Assembly: GCA_963717935.1 (NCBI GenBank)
Contig: CAVQXP010000004.1
Span: 2,074,986-2,138,985, forward strand
Reading direction: 5' to 3'
Source of the DNA: Candidatus Eiseniibacteriota bacterium
Lineage (GTDB): Bacteria > Eisenbacteria > RBG-16-71-46
Length of the DNA: 64,000 nt
The notes under the pieces are model-generated. The model ran no database searches. It had not been told where the DNA came from and worked only from the letters and a program-made list of their open reading frames with translations. Made by a program: the position numbers and the translations under genes. Position 1 is the first letter of the stretch; each line of letters opens with the position of its first letter. Below are positions 48,335-58,117 of this stretch, in pieces.

Positions 48335-49591
48335 ATGAGCCTGCCCCCGACCCACGGAACACCTTCCCGCTTCGCGTTCCTGGCAGCGGTCTCGAAGATC
48401 CACGACACGGCGTCGCTCCGGACACTGGTGGAGTCCTACGCAGCGCCGTTGCGGGCGCTCGGCGGACTGGCGTGGGAGGCCGGGGCCGGACCGGCGGCGG
48501 CGCCGCCGGTCGTGTTCGTCGCGACCGGCGGCACCGAGCGGCAGATCCTCGAAAGCGCGGGCTTCGACGCGCGCGAGCCGGCGCTGCTCGTGGCGCACCC
48601 GGGGCACAACTCGCTGCCGGCCGCCCTGGAGGTGCTCGCGCGCGTCCAGCAGCTGGGAATTCGCGGCCAGGTCCACTATCTCCGCGGCCCGGCCGACACC
48701 GCTGGACTGCAGGGGCTGGCCGAAGCGATCCATGACCGCGGCGTGCGCCGCGCCCTGCTCGAGAGTCGCATCGGACGGGTGGGGGAGCCTTCGGACTGGC
48801 TCGTGGCGAGCAGCCCCACGATCGAGACGGTCAGGACGGTGTGGGGGCCGACCGTGGTCCCGATCCCCCTCGAAGCGATCCTCCCGGAGCCCGGCCAGGA
48901 GATCGCGGCCCGCGGGGAGGCGCTCGCGCGGGACTTCCGGGCGGGGGCGGAGGCCGTCCTCGAGCCGACGGAAGCCGATCTCCTCGCCGCGGGGCACGTG
49001 CATGCGATGCTGCGCAGGGTGGTGGAGACCGAGCGGCTCGACGCCGTGGCGGTGCGGTGCTTCGACCTCGTGCTGCGCAGGCAGACCACCGGCTGCCTCG
49101 CGCTCGCCCACCTGAACGATCAGGGCATCATCGCGGGCTGCGAGGGCGACCTCGTCGCCACGGTCACGATGCTCTGGCTCCACCGCCTGATCGGGAAGCT
49201 CCCCTGGATGGCGAACCCGTCCCGGATCGACCTGGATCGCGGCATCCTCAGCCTGGCCCATTGCACGGTGCCCCGCAGCGTGAGCGGCGCGTACCGCTTG
49301 CGATCGCATTTCGAGTCGGGCCTGGGCGTGGGCATCCAGGGCACGATGCCCCGGGGCCCGGTCACGCTGGCGCGCATCGGCGGAGCCCGGATGGAACGGT
49401 TGCGCGTCATCGACGGCGACCTGCTGCGCAACACGGACCATCCGGACCAGTGCCGCACGCAGGTCGAGATCGACGTGGGCCGCGACCGGCTGCAGGATCT
49501 GCTGGCGCAGCCTCTGGGCAATCACCTGGTCGTGGTGTCGGGGCATCATGCCGTCGCCCTGAGACACTGGCACGAGGCGATGATCGCCTGA
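48335..49591 (+). CDS. L-fucose isomerase-related protein
   Basis: TGGTE, NSLPAALE, SDWLVAS, AVRCFDL, GCLALA.LN..GCEGD, AHCTVP, RSHFESG, CRTQ, PLGNH. Confidence 0.75.
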   Translation: MSLPPTHGTPSRFAFLAAVSKIHDTASLRTLVESYAAPLRALGGLAWEAGAGPAAAPPVVFVATGGTERQILESAGFDAREPALLVAHPGHNSLPAALEVLARVQQLGIRGQVHYLRGPADTAGLQGLAEAIHDRGVRRALLESRIGRVGEPSDWLVASSPTIETVRTVWGPTVVPIPLEAILPEPGQEIAARGEALARDFRAGAEAVLEPTEADLLAAGHVHAMLRRVVETERLDAVAVRCFDLVLRRQTTGCLALAHLNDQGIIAGCEGDLVATVTMLWLHRLIGKLPWMANPSRIDLDRGILSLAHCTVPRSVSGAYRLRSHFESGLGVGIQGTMPRGPVTLARIGGARMERLRVIDGDLLRNTDHPDQCRTQVEIDVGRDRLQDLLAQPLGNHLVVVSGHHAVALRHWHEAMIA

Positions 49592-50481
49592 TGCTTCGGT
49601 CCCCCTCGCAGACCGCGCCGGAGCCGTGCCGGCCGGCGACCATCGTGCTCGACTTCGACGGCACGCTGACCGACGCGGATGCCCACGCGCCGGCGTTCCA
49701 CGAGGCGTCCGGACGGGAGCTCGCGCACCGGCTGGGATGGGACGACTCCACGCTACGCCAGGAATGGCGGCGCGCGAGGGCCGCGGTGGCCGGTCTTCCT
49801 GCGGACGCGGCGTGGATCGTGGACGGCTACGGCGTCTGCCCCGCGACCGCCGATCCGTACCTGATCGCGAACAGCGTGACCCGGCTGCTCCTGTCCGAGC
49901 ATCGCCCGGGACTCGGGGCCGCGGCGCTCACGGCCGGCGTGCTCGAGGTGCACCGCGCGGCCTACGAGCGCGTACCGCCACCGTTCCGCCCGGAGGCCCG
50001 CGGCGTGCTCGAGGAGCTGTGCGCCGGTGGCTACCACGTACGGGTCGTGACCAATTCGCGGACGCAGACCGCGGCGCGGATGCTCGACTCGCTGGCCTTC
50101 ACGGACCGGGACAAGGTCAGCGTGCACGGTGACGCGGGCAAGTTCTCGGTCTGCCGGAGCACGGGCGCGGACGCGCGCTTCGAGTCCCTGCCGCAGGTGG
50201 TGGAGTGGCAGGAGGTGGGCAGGGCGGTCTACCTGCGCCGGGGCAGGTATTTTGACCTGTTGCGCGCGATCTGGGACGAGACCGGAACGGATCCGGAATC
50301 GACGCTGGTCGTGGGAGACGTCTTCGAGCTCGATCTGGCGATGCCGGCGGCACTCGGGACGCACGTCCACCTCGTGACCCGCGCCGGCACCCCGTCCCAC
50401 GAGCAGCGCCTTGCGCGGAGAATGGCGCGAGGAGACGCGAGCGCGCGCCTGACTGCCGTCCTGGAGCGGGTCCGCAGCTAG
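49591..50481 (+). CDS. HAD-superfamily hydrolase
   Basis: VLDFDGTLTD motif I, VVTNS motif II, VVGDVFELD motif IV; start overlaps the upstream stop. Confidence 0.82.
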   Translation: MLRSPSQTAPEPCRPATIVLDFDGTLTDADAHAPAFHEASGRELAHRLGWDDSTLRQEWRRARAAVAGLPADAAWIVDGYGVCPATADPYLIANSVTRLLLSEHRPGLGAAALTAGVLEVHRAAYERVPPPFRPEARGVLEELCAGGYHVRVVTNSRTQTAARMLDSLAFTDRDKVSVHGDAGKFSVCRSTGADARFESLPQVVEWQEVGRAVYLRRGRYFDLLRAIWDETGTDPESTLVVGDVFELDLAMPAALGTHVHLVTRAGTPSHEQRLARRMARGDASARLTAVLERVRS

Positions 50482-50584
50482 AGGGTCCGGCCGGTTCCCC
50501 GAATCCGCACCCCCTGCAGTGACCGTCCCGCCGAGCCGAGGGACCGAGCACCCTGCGAGGATCGCCCGCGGCCTGCGCCGTCCG

Positions 50585-52870
50585 TCATCGGGGCGCGCCG
50601 TAGCGCCGGGCGAAGGCCTCGTAGATGTCCACGGCCTCCGTCGCCACGAACGCGTTGACCGCGTTCGCGTCCCGCGACGAGACCTGCACGACGTCCACCA
50701 TGCGGCGCAACCGGGCCGCGGCCGCTGCGAGTCCCTTCCACTCCTCCCGCGCCCGGACGGCGTCCCCCTGCCGATCGAAGGCGTAGAGCCGGAGCAGGTG
50801 GTCGAAGAAGGCGAGCGTGGCCTCCGCGTAGCGCAGACGGCGCTCGTCCTCACCCAGCCGCTCGCGCTCCGAGCCCGCCGGACAGCGCGCCAGGGACTGC
50901 TCCAGCGCCGCCCGCGCCGCCTGCATCGCCGCCTTCATGTCCGCGATGTCGGGGGCGTCGTTCTTCGGCGGATGGAACGTCTCGTAGCGCATGTGCTCGA
51001 GTGGCAGCGGCAGGGCGCCGGCGCGCAGCTGCCGGACGACTCCGTAGATGGAGCGGCCCGCGCGGGCCCGGTGCTTGAGCAGCTTGAAGTTCGCGGTCGC
51101 GGTCTCGAGTGATTCGTAGAAGCGCCGCGTGCTGACGCTCGTGGCCGGATAGTAGAGGGCGAAGTACTCGCGCAGGGTCCGGTCCACGTCGGTCCGCGGG
51201 TCCCACAGCAGGCGCGCCAGAAGGGCGTGGTTCAGCGTCCACGGCCCCCAGTCCCGGGTGGGCACGTGCATGTAGTTGAAGTGCCGTGCGCCGTTCCGGT
51301 GGTACCACGGGATGTCGAGGCTCAGGATGCGCGTGTACAGGATGGGCAGGGAGTAGAACGAGCTGACGTTGTAGTACTCGCCCACCGCGATCGCGCCGCG
51401 GTAGAAGCGCCCTGGAGCGACGCCCCAGCCCTCGTACTCGCGGAGCTGGCCCTGGTTGATCTCGGTGCAGGCCGGATCCGCCAGCGCGTGCGCGTAGCAG
51501 CGGTCGATGGGGAAGTAGGTGAACGCGAAGTCGGGCGAATCGAAGTCGCTCGGGACCGGGCGCGTCGGGGGCTGCATGGTCTCCAGGAACGCGAGCGAGG
51601 TCACCGTCACGGGGCGGCGGAGTGTCCCCGCCTCCGCGGCCGCGTGGAGCGCCTCCCGCACCACGGCCAGCACCCGGAACAGCCGGTCGGTCGGAGTCCC
51701 CAGGGCGCGGCAGCGCTTGCACTCGCACCAGTGCCCATGGTCGAGCATCCAGAAGACGAGGATGTCGGCGTTCCGCCACGCCCCACCGGCCAGTGCGCTC
51801 ACCAGGTTCTTCGCCAGCTCACGCGTGGCGTCCGCGTTCGACGTGCAGTAGTTGTTGCCGGACTCCGCCTGGATGTGATCGCTGCGCTTGCCGCCCACCA
51901 GGCCGTACCACTCCGGATGCGACTCGAAGTACGAGAGCCGGCCGTCGCGGTCGCGATCACCCAGGTATTGCGGGCTCACCGGATACGGATCGGGCGCGGT
52001 CTGCCTGGACGCGGCGAAGCGGACGTGGCGGTACGGGTACTCACCTGCCGGGTCGAGGAAGGTCTTCTGGATGATGTGCCCGCCCTGCGTGAGCCGGATG
52101 CCGAGCTTGCGCAGGTAGGGGAGGTCCTCCTCCTTTTCGGCGGCGGTCCAGACGTTCAGCCGGTTGCGCGCCATCCAGAGGAAGAACTCCCGGCTGCCGC
52201 GCGGCTCCCAGGCCCAGAACCCGCGGGTCACGAAGGCGGGCGCCCCGGCCCAGCGCAGCGTGTCGGGCAGCGTCACCGTCTGCGCCGGCAGCACCGTGCC
52301 CCGCTCACCGAGCCCGTAGAACCGCACGCCCAGCCGCTCCAGCACGGAGTAGACCCCGTGCAGCGTCGCCACCGGCCCCGCGCCCTGGATCACGTGGACC
52401 ACGCGGCCCTCGGCCGCCGAGCTGAAGACCCGGAACCCCTGCCCGTCCCCGCCCGGGAGCGCTGGCGCGCTCGTCGTGTCGAGCCCCGCGAGGCGCGGGT
52501 CGGCCGGATCGCTGGTGAGCAGGAAGACGCGGCCGCGCGCCGGCAGCGCGTCCGCCCCCGAGAGGGCGATCGTGGAGTCCGGCACTCGCAGACAGGCGGC
52601 GAGGTGGTGGCGCAGCTCCGTGGCCGCGAACGACGCGGTGCAGGCGGTCTCGTCCCGCCCGTCGCCGTCGCGCCACGCGACGCGCTGCTCGGCCTTCGCG
52701 GCCTCCTCGACGGTCGCGAAGGGGCCGGGGCCGACGACGATGGTCACGGGCCCCCCGGTCGCGGAACCGCCAGCCTTCTGCGCCGATGGCACGCACGCGA
52801 GGCAACCGGGGAGGGCGAGCAGGGCAGCCACAGAGAGGGCGCCGATGCGAGCGACGGGGAAGCTGGCCAT
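50585..52870 (-). CDS. Exported DUF4838-like protein with GH20/GH67-type N-terminal domain
   Basis: Signal/lipobox-like N-terminus; AATELRHHL, TLHGVY..LERLGVRFY, PAFVTRG, WMARNRLN, HPEWYGL, D..WCECKRC, ARLLWDP. Confidence 0.68.
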   Translation of the reverse strand: MASFPVARIGALSVAALLALPGCLACVPSAQKAGGSATGGPVTIVVGPGPFATVEEAAKAEQRVAWRDGDGRDETACTASFAATELRHHLAACLRVPDSTIALSGADALPARGRVFLLTSDPADPRLAGLDTTSAPALPGGDGQGFRVFSSAAEGRVVHVIQGAGPVATLHGVYSVLERLGVRFYGLGERGTVLPAQTVTLPDTLRWAGAPAFVTRGFWAWEPRGSREFFLWMARNRLNVWTAAEKEEDLPYLRKLGIRLTQGGHIIQKTFLDPAGEYPYRHVRFAASRQTAPDPYPVSPQYLGDRDRDGRLSYFESHPEWYGLVGGKRSDHIQAESGNNYCTSNADATRELAKNLVSALAGGAWRNADILVFWMLDHGHWCECKRCRALGTPTDRLFRVLAVVREALHAAAEAGTLRRPVTVTSLAFLETMQPPTRPVPSDFDSPDFAFTYFPIDRCYAHALADPACTEINQGQLREYEGWGVAPGRFYRGAIAVGEYYNVSSFYSLPILYTRILSLDIPWYHRNGARHFNYMHVPTRDWGPWTLNHALLARLLWDPRTDVDRTLREYFALYYPATSVSTRRFYESLETATANFKLLKHRARAGRSIYGVVRQLRAGALPLPLEHMRYETFHPPKNDAPDIADMKAAMQAARAALEQSLARCPAGSERERLGEDERRLRYAEATLAFFDHLLRLYAFDRQGDAVRAREEWKGLAAAAARLRRMVDVVQVSSRDANAVNAFVATEAVDIYEAFARRYGAPR

Positions 52871-53355
52871 CCATCCTCCACGAAGGCCGGCGCTCCTCCT
52901 GCCCGGACCCTTCATGATCCCGGCGCTGCGGACGCGGCCAGCGGCGGCGGATCGAGGACCGCCACGTGGACCCTGCGGGCGGCGTTTCGAACCGGGAAAT
53001 CGGCGGGCGGAGGAACGACGCAGGAGTTATAGCAGAACCCCCCGGACGCGCCAACGGACGCGCCGCCTCGATGCTCTGCGCGGCGGGCGACGCACATGCC
53101 CCGTCCCGGGCCCATCAGGACATCCCCGCGGCTGCTTGCCGGAAGGCGGCTGCGCCGCTACCGTGCCGGCCGGCTCGCAAGTGTCATGTTTCGGTACGTC
53201 CCCGCGTTGACCCTCGCGGGTCCGTGGAGGGCAGGCCCCATGAGCGTTTCCTTCAAGGAGCGGCTTCTCGACCCGGCCGGGCGGCGTGTCGCCATGGCGT
53301 CCGCGCCCCTCCCTCCGGTCGAAGCGCCCACCCTCTACGGGCGGCGGAAACCCCG

Positions 53356-54522
53356 ATGACGCTCTCTCCCGAACTCGGCTACGTCGGCATCCTGTTCCTG
53401 CTGTTCGTGCTTCCCCGCGCGCTCCAGCGGTTCGGCATCCCGGCCGCGGCCACGAGCCTCGCGCTCGGGGCGGCGAGTGGAATGGGCTTCGGACTCTTTC
53501 AGCACGATCCGACCATTCACCTTCTCTCGGCCTTCGGCATCGTCGCGCTGTTCCTCTTTGCCGGACTGGACGTGGATACGGACGATCTCCGAGAGGACGC
53601 GCCCGTGCTCGGCCAGCACCTGATCGTCCGGTCGGTCGTCCTGGCTGCCGTCAGTCTCGCGCTCTCGCGGGTCCTGCATCTCGACGGACGTGTGGCCGTA
53701 CTGGTCGCCCTCGCCCTGCTCACACCCTCGACCGGCTTCATCCTCGATGCGCTCGACATGCTTCGGATCGGCCCGCGGGAGAAGGCCTGGATCAAGTCCA
53801 AGGCGATCGCCACCGAGGTGCTGGCGCTGCTCGTCCTCTTCGCGACCCTGCAGTCCACCACCGCGTTGAAGATGACCATCTCGACCGGGGCTCTCGCGGC
53901 GATGATCATCGTCCTCCCGCTGGTCTTTCGGGCGTTCGCGCGAATCGTCGTGCCGCATGCCCCGCGCTCCGAGTTCGCGTTCCTGCTCATGGTGGCCGTC
54001 GTATGCGCGTTCGTGACCCGCGAGCTCGGTGTCTACTACCTCGTGGGCGCGTTCGTCGTGGGCATGGCGGCGCAGCGCTTCCGGGAACGGCTCCCTGCCA
54101 TCGCGTCCGAGGAGATGATCCGAGCCGTGGAGCTGTTCGCCTCGTTCTTCATTCCGTTCTACTTCTTCAATGCAGGTCTTCAGCTCCGCCGCGAGGACTT
54201 CGGGCTCCAGGCCCTGCTGCTGGGCGGCGGCTTCCTGGTCGCGATGGTCCCGCTGCGGCTTGTCACTGTCGCGCTGCACCGTCGGTTGGCCCTGGGGGAG
54301 TCCCTCCGCGCGAGTCTCCGCATCGCCGTGCCCATGCTGCCGACGCTCGTCTTCGGACTCGTCATCGCGGAGATTCTTCGCGACCGCTTCACGGCACCTG
54401 CACCGCTCTTCGGGGCGATCGTCCTCTACACGCTCGCGACCACCGTGGTACCGGCGCTGGTCTTCAAGTCACGCGTTCCGGACTACTCGGCGCCCCACGC
54501 GCCTCGAGTAGAGGCCGACTAG
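53356..54522 (+). CDS. Cation:proton antiporter (CPA2/KefB-like membrane domain only)
   Basis: Many TMs; FGIVALFLFAGLDVD, LGVYYLVGAFVVG, FFIPFYFF.AG; no RCK domain. Confidence 0.8.
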   Translation: MTLSPELGYVGILFLLFVLPRALQRFGIPAAATSLALGAASGMGFGLFQHDPTIHLLSAFGIVALFLFAGLDVDTDDLREDAPVLGQHLIVRSVVLAAVSLALSRVLHLDGRVAVLVALALLTPSTGFILDALDMLRIGPREKAWIKSKAIATEVLALLVLFATLQSTTALKMTISTGALAAMIIVLPLVFRAFARIVVPHAPRSEFAFLLMVAVVCAFVTRELGVYYLVGAFVVGMAAQRFRERLPAIASEEMIRAVELFASFFIPFYFFNAGLQLRREDFGLQALLLGGGFLVAMVPLRLVTVALHRRLALGESLRASLRIAVPMLPTLVFGLVIAEILRDRFTAPAPLFGAIVLYTLATTVVPALVFKSRVPDYSAPHAPRVEAD

Positions 54523-54733
54523 ACCTGGACGCGAGGCGTGTCAACAAACCTGGCAAGAACGATGGCGGGCGGCCCAGGGACCCGGGTATCCTTGGGCCGC
54601 TTCGTGTCCGTGGACGCCGCTGCACGATCCGGGACGCGATCGGACTCCGAGACTGCGGCGCATCTGTGACGGGGAGAGCGGTGGTCAACTCGGGCGTGAC
54701 CGTGCGACGGTGTTCCAGGGAGAGGCCTTCGCG

Positions 54734-56962
54734 ATGAAGCCGACGGGGCAGCGGGAGAGAGCCGGGCGACCCCGGCCGCCCGGCTCTGGCGGTCCCGGCG
54801 GGCCCGGCCGCGGCGGTCGGCGCGCCCCGGCTCGCCACGGCACTTCCGCGGTCCCCGATGTCGCCGCGCTGTGGACGCGTTGGTCATGGAGCGTCACGCT
54901 CGTCGGCCTGTTCCTCTTCGCGTGGGCGTGGCGGACCTTCTACCTCGAGCGCCTGGCGCGGACACCGCTCGCCGACACGCTCTCCCAGGATGCCGGCACC
55001 TACTGGCGCTGGGCCGGCGCGCTGCCGCACATCGGCGTCCTGGGGCACAACGCGTTCTTCCTCGGCCCGTTGTACCCCTACGTGCTGGCGCTGCTGCGGC
55101 TCCTGACCCGCGACTCCGTCCCGGCGGTGCTGCACATCCAGGCGCTCTGGGGCGCGCTCGCCGTGGCGTTGCTGGCGGATGCAGCGCGCCGGCTCGCGGG
55201 GCGCTTCGCGGGGCTGGCCGTGGGGATCGCGCTCGCCCTGTACGAGATGGCCACGTTCTTCGATGGCCTCGTCCTGATGGAGTCGCTGCTCTTCCTCCTC
55301 GAGGCGCTCCTGCTGTGGTGGGTGGTGCGCTGCGACTGGGGGAGGTCCCGGGCGGGCTCGTGGCTCGTGCTCGGAGCGTTGATCGGCCTGCTCAGCGAAG
55401 GCCGGGCGACCGCGGCCCTGCTGCTCCTGCCCGCGCTCGTCGCCCTGGCGCCGCTCATCCTGGGTGGATGGCGACGGCGGCTCGCCGGCGTCGCCGTGTT
55501 CGCGGCCGGGTTCCTGATCGTCTGCGTCCCGGTCGCCATCCGCACCCGGGCCGTGACGGGGGAGTGGATCCCGTTCACGTACAACCTCGGCTACAACCTC
55601 TACGTCGGGAACAACCCGCGGGCCGACGGGACCTCGTATCCGATCACCGGCACCCACGAGACCAGCACCGCGCCGCCCACTGACACCGACGGGGGCGGCG
55701 AGGCGGACGGGCGCGAGTACCTGCGCAAGACCGAGGGCGTCTCGCTGAGCCCGCAGGCCAGCTCGGCCTGGTGGGCCGCGAAGGCGATGCGTTACGTCCG
55801 CGCGCACCCGGAGCGGACGCTCGCGCTCGCGGCCACCAAGTGCGGGATGCTCTGGAACCGAAGGGAATACGCGCAGATCGAGAATGCGGACGAGTTCCGC
55901 ATGGTCGCGGGACCGCTCGGCCTGCCGGTCGCCGGTCAGTTCGCCGGCCTGGGGACGCTCGCGCTGGCGGGGGTGTGGCTCGCGTGGCGCAACCGCGGGG
56001 CGACGCGCTTCCTCGTGGGCTACGTCGTGGTCGCCACGCTCGGAATCATCCCGTTCTTCGTCACCGACCGCTATCGCCACCACCTGGTGCCCGCCGCGGC
56101 CCTGCTCGCCGCCCTTGTCATCCAGCGCCTGTGGCAGCTGGCGCGGAAGCATCCCGAGGCGCGGGCCGTCCGCCGCACGCTGTTCGTGTCACTGGTTGCG
56201 GGGCTGATCGTGGTCCATCTCCCCGCGCCCGGGCTGACGAACGACGACTACGCGTGGCGGGCCCGCGCGGATCTCGGCAACAAGTGGCTGATCAAGGGCC
56301 GCGCGGATCTGGCGCTGTCCCAGCTCGAGCGCGCGCTGGAGATCCGGGCCACGCTCGCCAAGCGGCACCAGGCCCATGGCGGCGCGAACGTCGCCGAGCT
56401 GTACTACGACTACGGCCGGGCACTGGCCAGCGTCGGACGCGGCGCCGAGTCACTGGCCTGGTACGAGCGGGCGCGGCGCGAGGCCCCCGACGACGCGGTG
56501 GTCATCGCCGCGCTCGCGGCGAGCTACCGCACGGCCGGGCGGCTCCCGGAAGCCCTGCAGCTGGAACGACGGCTGCCGGCGGTGGTCGGGGGAGAGGGCC
56601 ACGCGCTCGAGGCGCGAGCGTGGCTCGCCGCGCGCGACGGGAGGCTGGACGAGGCCGAGCGCCTGTTCCAGCAGGCGGTCGAGCTGGACCCGTCGCTGGG
56701 CAACGCGTGGCTGGCGATCGTGCGACTCCAGTTGCAGCAGGGCCGGCCCGGCGAGGCGCGGGCGACGTTCGATCGCGCCCGGCTGCAGGACATCCCCCCG
56801 CCGCTGCTGCACGCTCACGAGGCCCTGCTGGCCGCCGCCGCGGGCGACAGGCCGGCTGCCGAGCGGGCGCTCCTGCAGGTGCCGCAGGCCAGCACGACGG
56901 GCGACCCCGTGCTCACCGACGTCCTGCAGACGACGCGGCGGCTGCTGGACCAGAACAGGTAG
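54734..56962 (+). CDS. GT-C fold membrane glycosyltransferase with C-terminal TPRs
   Basis: QDAGTY..WA, GPLYPY.LA, MESL, GYNLYVGNNP.ADG, FFVTDRYR, followed by TPR helices. Confidence 0.75.
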   Translation: MKPTGQRERAGRPRPPGSGGPGGPGRGGRRAPARHGTSAVPDVAALWTRWSWSVTLVGLFLFAWAWRTFYLERLARTPLADTLSQDAGTYWRWAGALPHIGVLGHNAFFLGPLYPYVLALLRLLTRDSVPAVLHIQALWGALAVALLADAARRLAGRFAGLAVGIALALYEMATFFDGLVLMESLLFLLEALLLWWVVRCDWGRSRAGSWLVLGALIGLLSEGRATAALLLLPALVALAPLILGGWRRRLAGVAVFAAGFLIVCVPVAIRTRAVTGEWIPFTYNLGYNLYVGNNPRADGTSYPITGTHETSTAPPTDTDGGGEADGREYLRKTEGVSLSPQASSAWWAAKAMRYVRAHPERTLALAATKCGMLWNRREYAQIENADEFRMVAGPLGLPVAGQFAGLGTLALAGVWLAWRNRGATRFLVGYVVVATLGIIPFFVTDRYRHHLVPAAALLAALVIQRLWQLARKHPEARAVRRTLFVSLVAGLIVVHLPAPGLTNDDYAWRARADLGNKWLIKGRADLALSQLERALEIRATLAKRHQAHGGANVAELYYDYGRALASVGRGAESLAWYERARREAPDDAVVIAALAASYRTAGRLPEALQLERRLPAVVGGEGHALEARAWLAARDGRLDEAERLFQQAVELDPSLGNAWLAIVRLQLQQGRPGEARATFDRARLQDIPPPLLHAHEALLAAAAGDRPAAERALLQVPQASTTGDPVLTDVLQTTRRLLDQNR

Positions 56963-57305
56963 CGGCCTTTCACCGGCCGAGGCGGCGGGACCGGTCCCGA
57001 ACGAAATCGCCTTGCGTGGCCCGGCTTCAACCAGGGTCGGCGCGAGGCCCAGGGCCCAGGGCCGACCCCAATTCGCCCTTCCCCGCCGGGGGGTTCCTGG
57101 CGCACAATCAGAGCGTGGCGGGCCGGCCGCACGCTCCAGCGCCCGCCAGATCGAGCACCGTTCAGCCGGGAGGTTCTCGTCCCATGCGGGGAATTCGGGA
57201 GCGTTTGAGCGTCCTTCGCCTCACGGTTTCCGCCCTGACACGGACGGCCAACCTCGCCGATTCCGCCGGTCCCTGTCCACGCTGCGCAGCCCAGGGGGAT
57301 TGACC

Positions 57306-57896
57306 ATGAGACTGCTACCGGTTCTTCTCGTCGCTTCCGTAGCTCTGTCGCAAGTGCCGGTCGCCCCGGCGAACGCCGACGATCTCTCGTGGGTCGACCT
57401 GCGCGCCGACAGCATCTCCATTCTCTTCCCCGGGCCCGACGTGATCGAGATCACCGCGCACTATTCGATCGTCAACAACATGGCCACCGACGAGGTCATC
57501 ACGAGCGACATCGCGTTTGCGCTGGATGGAGTCGTGGTCGGTGTCCAGGCAATCGATGTCACGAGGTCGCTCAACGAATGCCGTGTGTTCCTGACCTGGT
57601 CGGACTGCAAGGGCGAGTGCTATCTCAATCTGCTGCCGCCGACCGAGATCGGGGAATGCCAGTGGTACTTCTCGGTCATCCCCGATAGCGTGACTCCCGA
57701 AGGCTGCTTCTGCACGAAGAAGGGCACACTGTCATCGCCGTTTGCCTTCTCCGGTCAGAGCATCGCCTCGTTCGTGCTCGACGGCGACAATCTCCTGCCA
57801 GAGCCGATCGAGACCAACAACTCGCAGTCCCTGAACCTGGGCGTGGTGACGACGAGGCCGACCACGTGGGGACGGATGAAGACGCTCTACCGCTGA
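57306..57896 (+). CDS. Secreted Cys-rich Ig/CARDB-like protein ending in TTWGRMKTLYR
   Basis: Signal peptide (..APANA-DD); DGDNLLPEPIETNN CARDB-like motif; 6 Cys in a central insert; C-terminal motif. Confidence 0.75.
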   Translation: MRLLPVLLVASVALSQVPVAPANADDLSWVDLRADSISILFPGPDVIEITAHYSIVNNMATDEVITSDIAFALDGVVVGVQAIDVTRSLNECRVFLTWSDCKGECYLNLLPPTEIGECQWYFSVIPDSVTPEGCFCTKKGTLSSPFAFSGQSIASFVLDGDNLLPEPIETNNSQSLNLGVVTTRPTTWGRMKTLYR

Positions 57897-58117
57897 TCGC
57901 AGTCCTGTCGCAGGAGGCCACCGCGCACGAGGCTCTTGAGCTCATCGGAGCCTGACGGGACCACCACAACCACCTGCGACCGCGTTGCGCTTGACGGCCT
58001 CCGGACCTAGGATATGGTTCAAGCGTCCTCGATGCAGTCTGACGACCTCCTGCAGGTACGACTCTAGACTCCAACCCAAGTCCGGCAGAGACAGGTCATG
58101 TACTGCCCGCCCGCGCC

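Noticed and set aside
53040..53355. Na+/Li+, fluoride or c-di-AMP riboswitch upstream of the antiporter (and an M-box upstream of corA)
   Set aside because: No consensus recognisable by eye; an Rfam/Infernal scan would be needed.
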